A stretch of DNA of 57,816 bases, filler included, from Bipalium vagum (lineage: Eukaryota), in assembly GCA_037834085.1 (NCBI GenBank). It is 3 parts of 3 records of this genome, joined end to end, with 100 filler letters (N's around TTAATTAATTAA, not from the genome) between each part and the next. Parts side by side here need not be neighbours in the genome. Positions count along the whole stretch, not along the records: positions 39,848 to 57,816 come from JBBMKC010045166.1; 2 more parts are not named here. One strand, 5' to 3'. Position numbers and translations under genes: made by a program. A model generated the notes under the pieces. It saw only the letters and a list, made by a program, of their open reading frames with translations. It was not told the DNA's origin and made no database searches. Below are positions 51,081 through 57,816 of the stretch, one piece after another. Numbering within the stretch: the first letter of the stretch is position 1; every line of letters starts with the position of its first letter.

Positions 51081-53953
51081 AATACTTGCCAGTACATTAT
51101 TAACATATTTAGTATATCGGGAAACCTTCAATTCAATTGACAAGCACCGCCGAGAATGGATCCCCGCGTCTCAGATTGGATACGCTTTGAGAATAAATGG
51201 TCAATGTCCCACTGAAAAAGAAATTGAGGAAATTATTCAAAGCGCGGTTGATGAAAACAATGCCGACGGTAAAGTTAATTTAATTAATGAGGATATGCTA
51301 ATATAGAATCTTTATTCATAATAATTAATATTAATTATATTTATTTTATTAATTTAAATTAAAATTTAATAAAATGAATTTAAAATTTTTTTTAATAATA
51401 AATGATATTTTTCTATTTAACTTTTTTTGCCTATATTGATTTGTTTTAATCAGAATTAATTAGCCTTATACCTTTTATAAAAACCTGACTACCGCGGACT
51501 AATAGAAGATCAAACGAGAAAGATATTGAAAAACTTTTCACCTTATCTTTGATTTCTTTTGTTATACGAGGTTATGCTGAATCATAAATCAGCACTGATT
51601 TCTGACAAAAGAACGAATTCTTGCGTTCACGCAAGATATTTTCTAACCAATAGTTGACCATATCAGAGTTAAAATGTTATTGATTTAACAATATTCAAAC
51701 AAATTTGCTTAAAATTGTATGTATTAATTTTAACAATTTTATAAAAATTCATGTTACGACGTATGCACGGGTTCGACTTATCTAAGTAAAAATTTTATAT
51801 TTTTGGTTTGTAATGAAGCCACGTACCCACAAGTTCGGCTTATAAACAAGAATTTAGGATATCTGGAAAATTTCTGACCTCTTCGTATTTAGTTACAATC
51901 TATAACTTTATGAATTGAGCGATCTGTTTAAATAAATGTAAAATATCAGGGTTATTTCCTTCAAATGATGTCGGCGAGTCTCAAATAGTTCATTTTTTAT
52001 GTCGGAAAGATCATGCGATAATCAATTTTCCATATCTCAACAAAGAAATAACGATTGCTGCTTTCAATCTATGGTGATTTTTTACATGAATTTTTGTTAA
52101 TCAATATCTTGAAAATGGTCATGGATTCGACGGTTACAAATTTCCTTTGAACTGCATTCCTTGTCTGATCCATCTGTTAACTGCAGCACAGCCCTAATTT
52201 TTCTAATGTTTCCTGGTGCCATTGTGGCACTCAAAATCACTACAATTCGTTATAGTAAGGAGTACAACCGAGAATAAGTTTTATATTAAAATGTTAAAGC
52301 ATTGTGATAAAAGCATACTGTATGGAAGACCTTTCACATTTCTATGCATAATTTCTTAACAATACATAAAAATAACACTTAAAGAATAAGTTCTTGATAT
52401 CCAAAATAGTCTAAATTTTATGGGTCTCGAGAAGCCTTGGTGTTTGAGATTGTTTTGTGAAAATACATTCAAAATACAGAAAATGGTTTGTATAATATGA
52501 GATTTTTATATATCAATTATAATTCTATTCCAGAAGAGATTCGGCTAACCTACGATGATTTTAAGGTTATCATGAAGCAATATTCCAAACCAAAGAGTGA
52601 ACTCTATTCCATCATTGATCAAGCCTTTTTGGTAATTTTATCACTTTCATATTATTTATCCATTCGTCTTAAAACTTACTTTAAAAATCTTTTATCCAAT
52701 TTTTATTTTATATTTTATAAATATATTTTGCATTTTATAAATTATTAAACAATATATGAAATTTGTATGCGAAACCACGACTCGATTTTGGTGTCATTCT
52801 GATATACTAAAATCGATCCGAAATTTACAGGGTTTGACATGTCATTTCAAATATTTGTACAATCATAAAATATTTTTAAATTATAAAAATAAAAGTAAAC
52901 AGTTTACATTTGTATTATTTTTCAACATTTTGTTGATAAGAACGTTCTTAAAATTAAAAATAATATGTTAATTTTTTGTGTTTTGTTTTTTGTAAATGAC
53001 AAGAACTGATTTTCTTTTTTGAACATTACAGCTTTCATTAGTGTTAGTTGAAAATTAATCGGAGATACCGGGATTCGAACCCGGGACCTTCACATGCGCA
53101 AGCACTACTCTGACCGCTGAGCTAGATCCCCCGACTAATTTTCAATATATCTCACAATTAGTAAAAAATAGTCAACCAATTTTGCACTAAAGATGAACCA
53201 AGAATAAAATATAGTTGAGGCTTTTGGAATATTAGGTTGGTGCATAAATTCAAGAGAACTTACAAAATATTAGATTATTAGTGATATTAAATCTAATCAA
53301 TAATAATATTTGAGTACTGCTTAGTTAAATATTCTTAATTCATTATATTCATTAGCGCAATTTTTAAAAATTCATAAGATATAACTAAACTATTTAATAA
53401 AATAATTTTAATAAATAAATAATTTTAGATGACTTTGAATAGAAATGAATTGCGAATTCTTAATCGCTATTGTTGAAAGAGCGAACTTTCTATCATAATA
53501 TCAAGAAAAATAATTAAGAAATCTTTTTCCCATTTCTGTTTCAATCTACCCATATCAATTTGTATGTCATTCGTTAATATGCGCATTTTTTACTGAAATA
53601 ACAACATTATAATAATATCGAAATTAATTCTATTTCTATTCTTAATTTTTGATTAAGCTGTTGTCATTATAAATATTAAATTTTAGGCCTTCGATAAAAC
53701 AGAATGCGGACTTATTGATGAAACAGAGTTAAGAAAGTCTTTAGCAAGCCTTGGAGAAATATTGGAAGAGGCCGAAATTAATGAATTAATAAAGGATGCT
53801 AAAGCTGGAACAGATGGAAGAATTCCATATGCAGATTTTGCCAAACATTTAGTCGATTCATATCCTAGACCTAGTAGTAAGAAAAAATCACCTCGTAAGA
53901 AAAGTGGTTCAGCAACGAGAAGCGCATCAAGAAGCGCAACGAAAAAAGATTAA
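50297..53953 (+). CDS. Calmodulin-like EF-hand protein with basic C-terminal tail, 5 exons, ~191 aa
   Basis: Exons 50297-50320, 50425-50455, 51113-51268, 52534-52631, 53687-53953 join in frame (576 nt). YRETFNSIDK...IGYALRINGQCPTEKEIEEII, QAFLAFDKTECGLIDETELRKSLASLGEILEEAEINELI and DGRIPYADF align to calmodulin; phase-1 introns 2 and 3 fall at calmodulin-like positions. Confidence 0.88.
51002..51076. repeat. (AAT)n microsatellite in an intron
   Basis: Directly visible. Confidence 0.98.
53060..53131 (-). tRNA. tRNA-Ala-like gene or pseudogene (anticodon arm disrupted)
   Basis: Minus strand GGGGATCTAGCTCAGCGGTCAGAGTAGTGCTTGCGCATGTGAAGGTCCCGGGTTCGAATCCCGGTATCTCC: acceptor stem with G3:U70, D stem, perfect T arm, A and B boxes; no regular 5-bp anticodon stem. 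Confidence 0.75.
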
Positions 53954-54158
53954 AGCAAAACAATTTTTATCATAAATATTTTATAATACATCTTATTTTG
54001 TATTAATTTAAAATTTAACTTCCCTTAAGTAATAAAAAATACATTACTCACATTGTTATATTTACAATATTTATTAAAAATTACTGATATTATTTTTTCA
54101 AATTTTATTTTTTTTAATTTTGTTGTTTAATATGTATAAACGACATTTTTGTTATATA

Positions 54159-55410
54159 CAGTATAGTGCAAAAAACTTTGCCATCATTATTTCTAATTTT
54201 TATAGACGAATTAAAAATAAATAAAAACAAGAAATATGTTCAAGAAATATCATATTCAAAGGTACAAATGTATTATATTTAAAAATTGATTCTTTATTCT
54301 TTGGAATCAGTAAGCGCCTAACATCTTGCCGCCATCAAGTTTACTAAATTATTTAAGATGTTCATATAAATCTTATTCCATTCTTCATATGAGAACTCTA
54401 TTAATTAATCAAAATTTATTGGTTCTCTTATCTTCAAGCAACGCTTAACTATTGACTGTAGATTTTCTGAGATCAACATCTGGGCTATCAAAAGACCAGT
54501 CCATTACTTCTGGTGCTTCAATAGACAAGAATTCCTGAGCAACCCGACTTTTTATGTTTTGGATCATTGTCCATTTGTAATTTCCAAATCCAGCCAAACA
54601 TTTTTCTATCATTTGAAATCAGTTATTCCTGAAGAATTTCTACAAAATGTAGCTCATCCATAACTCTTATAAATGCATGCTGATGATGAAACCGACCCAT
54701 AGCATAATCTTCTCTCTATTTCTTGAAATTCTTTTGAATTCAATTCTTAAATTCTTCGACCATCTACAAATAGTATTTCGAAACAATTGCAAGTACGTTT
54801 CATCAGTCAAACTAGTTCGAAAAAAAAATCATTGTGCTGAATTGTATCTTTATGTTTTTGCATTAGCATTGGAGTCCTGTGGGATAAGGAATTATGGATA
54901 ACCCAGTCTTTTAAGATGTCGTTGAACGGTTATTTGAGAAACTTCTAAAGGTCAATTGTCCATTAGCTTTTATACAAGTTCTTTTGATGTAACCTCATGA
55001 TTCCGTCTAATCCATTGAACAAGAACTTTATTTTCACTCACATTAATCTCCACAGGTTGCCCCTTGTGAGAATGGTCTTCAATGGTATATTATTCTTTAA
55101 TTTATTTATGTTGTACTTCACAGTTTTTAGATAGATCTTTGTTATTATGGATATTGTTTCCAGAGAACGTTCTTCAATATTCCAAAATGCAAAATAACTG
55201 AACGCTTTGCAATCATTCTACTTGATTTTTGTTTTGACGACATTTTTATTATAACAGATCTCTAAAAAAATATATTTATAAACATTGACATATTTATAAT
55301 TTTCTTCTTATGAATAAGCATATTTGCGAAAACTTAATTCAAATAACAGCTGACATATATATAAAAAAGTTGACATATATATATAGGGCAACAATTTTTG
55401 CACTCTACTG
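54159..55410 (-). mobile_element. Near full-length decayed Tc1 element with both TIRs
   Basis: TA|CAGTATAGTGCAAAAAACTTTGCC / (reverse complement) TA|CAGTAGAGTGCAAAAATTGTTGCC; minus-strand TDETY and WSFDSPDVD remnants; TGACATAT subterminal repeats at 55286-55380. Confidence 0.9.
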
Positions 55411-55619
55411 TATATTATATTATATTATTATTACTTCACAGATTATGTTATTGTGTAATTTAGTATGATACTTCATTTCATTTTTTTGTGTTGCATAATT
55501 TTCTGGCCCTGCTCAAAGTCAAACTTTTAGTAGTTTCATCTAAGCATTCAGCATCCCAAACAGCTAATTTGAAGACTGGCTTCGTTTTGATCTAGTAGAT
55601 GTACTAGAAAATTATAAAT

Positions 55620-56040
55620 AATATATTTAACAACCTTAATTTATAAATTCTGACCTTGTATCATAATATTCAATAATACTCAACTGTTATTGAGTAAATT
55701 GTTTCCCTCTTATAGCAATAACTATAATATTTTTAGCTTTGTATTAGTAAGTAACTTAAGAAACATAAAGAGGTGAACACGAATGTTGGTTTTCATACCA
55801 ATTTCGTAAAAATCATTACAAAAAAGTATTGATACTTAAGAGGGCTTAGATACGGTAACACTATTCCTCCGCACCGTTTTTCTCGATTATGATTCACTAA
55901 GTATATCCACTTTTCATCTGATGTAATAATACGTCTTCAAAAAGATCATCTGCCGGGTTATCAAGCAACCTTTGCACATATCAACTCTGTTCTTCGCTTG
56001 CTCTTCACTTAGATAGTGTGGATCTCATCGTATCAAAAAT
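55620..56040 (-). mobile_element. Decayed mariner fragment
   Basis: PHYLSEEQAKNRVDMC, RRIITSDEKWIY and C-terminal RGKQF...EYYDTRSEF remnants. Confidence 0.8.
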
Positions 56041-57229
56041 CTCAAATTTTGTAGAAATTATCTTAATCACAAGGTTTGAAAAAATTAATTATTGAAATTC
56101 ATAAAATTATATATTCATAAACTCAGTCAATATTTCAATATTTTTAAAAAATGATAAATTGCTATTTAAGTAAAATTATATATTTTAAACATAAAATATA
56201 GTTATTAAATTTTTAACTTAACGGAAAACATTATTTGTAATGTGAAATTTATTTATAAGACTTTTTTGAGCACGAACTTTTACATTACTCTAGTGTCAAA
56301 AATTTAGAAAAAGAACATTGTTGATCTCTATGAAATTGTTTGATATTAATTTTGCCTTCAAGAACCTGAATATTTACTTGAAAAATTATTTAAAACTTAT
56401 TGACTAATGTTGCAAAAATCATTTCATGTTTTTGAAATTTGAAAATCAAAACGAATTATCTTAAATTTTATTATTAAAAAAATTTTTTTTGATAATTTAG
56501 TTTTATTAAAATCAATTTTTAAGCCAAACTTGTTTAAATTTTCATTTTTCCATAACTTTTGAATTAGCTTTGTATCATTATTGACATTTTAATATATCTA
56601 TGAAAGGCAGAGAAAGAGCTAATACTCCTGGAAGATTGATCAACGTATGAAATTAATTAGGCTTTAAACATCACTTGAGAAATTGTACAGTCTACATTTG
56701 TAATAATCAGTCAAATAGAGCGCTTCATTGTAAATAATTTGAAATTATGTATATTGGTGATAAAAGATTATTAAATTTATATTATTATTTAATGCTTTCA
56801 TTGGTAAATTTAGTTTATTAGTTGGTTATTAAATGAATTGTTCTTGTTTTTAATGTGATGAAAGTTATTGCATCAAGTTAAGAATGAACTACTGACAATT
56901 AATAACTATTTACCATAATATATGATGAAAATTAATATTATGAAATGTAATTGTTGAATTTTGAGAACTTGCGTGGAAATTTTTTACCTAAATAAAATAA
57001 TTAAATTTAGATCGATAAGTATGGAAAACATTGATATTACTGATAACATTTAAATGGATAATATCGATTCTTCTAATCTATATTATGGTTTAATAATTTT
57101 GTTTTTTTTTAATTATATAATGTAAGATACGTTTATTTGAAAGATCTTTACTGCTCTAAAATATTGTGAAACTGTTTATGTAATATCTTATTAAAATCTG
57201 ACCGCTTTGAAGTTAATTTTGAAGTTCTA

Positions 57230-57560
57230 CAAAAAAAAATTATACAACTTATTGATTTTTATTTTAATTGAAGTCAAAATTTGGTGAAGTGGTCAAAGAA
57301 AGTTATAATGTTTCGGCCTGGATTACTGAAATATATTGGTTCGAGAAATTCGAAAGTTGCATGCCTAATCTTCAAGATACTCAACACACTGGCCGACCAC
57401 CAATTTCAATGGTGAGCAACAGATAGCAGTTCTGGAAGATGAAGAGTATCAAAAAAGCATATATTTCTTTTGGAGGATGAACAGTAATCCAATGACAATC
57501 TTTCATCATCTAAAATCAAATGGATATAGTATAAATGTGTACCATCACCTAAATGAAAAT
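57230..57560 (+). mobile_element. Mariner 5' fragment
   Basis: WFEKFES..NLQDTQHTGRPP and TIFHHLK remnants of the mariner DNA-binding domain. Confidence 0.65.
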
Positions 57561-57816
57561 GTTAAGTCTCTTAAATTGGAGCAAAGACTAAGAGCTTAAC
57601 GGTTAGAAGGTTGACTTTGCGTGTTCGCTTATGTGAATTTGAAATAACTAAAATAACCAATTTACTTTTAAAAACTTTATTGAGACTACAAAGATCTGTT
57701 TACAAGATTGAGAGTGATTGTTTTTACAGCAATCCTCTTCAAGAAAACTTTCCCTTAAGGTTACGCTTAATTAAAGTCAGAATCTTTTCGCGTTGATTAC
57801 TAGACCAACGTCTCAA

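Noticed and set aside
55490-55610. Possible terminal exon on the minus strand (KPVFKLAVWDAEC...)
   Set aside because: Short, sandwiched between Tc1 and mariner relics, with no consistent upstream exons.

Overview
Very AT-rich (visually ~25% GC) eukaryotic genomic scaffold. It looks like an invertebrate animal; short 45-56 nt introns, (AAT)n microsatellites and abundant mariners fit e.g. a triclad flatworm, but this is inference only. Four host genes can be read by hand: a 7-exon EDC3 decapping enhancer (LSm + FDF + YjeF-N, +, 20516-30591), an intronless atypical Rho GTPase lacking a CAAX box (+, 36151-36750), an intronless 10-finger C2H2 protein with three AT-hooks (-, 46466-47722) and a 5-exon calmodulin-like EF-hand gene with a basic Ser/Arg/Lys tail (+, 50297-53953). 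The rest is dominated by decayed transposons: many mariner and Tc1 relics, pogo/Tigger, hAT, a DD39D ('plant-type') mariner, a Ty3/gypsy integrase plus putative LTR, and Penelope and probable RLE-LINE fragments. There are four N-gaps, two carrying an artificial TTAATTAATTAA linker. The most intriguing non-coding signals are (i) an intronic tRNA-Ala-like unit with intact A/B boxes and G3:U70 but a destroyed anticodon arm and a 13-bp extended acceptor stem, and (ii) a U4-snRNA-like element at ~675-790 (U6 complementarity + Sm site + hairpins, but no K-turn). Both are hypotheses. I cannot demonstrate a new biological system from sequence alone. No CRISPR array or rRNA is present.
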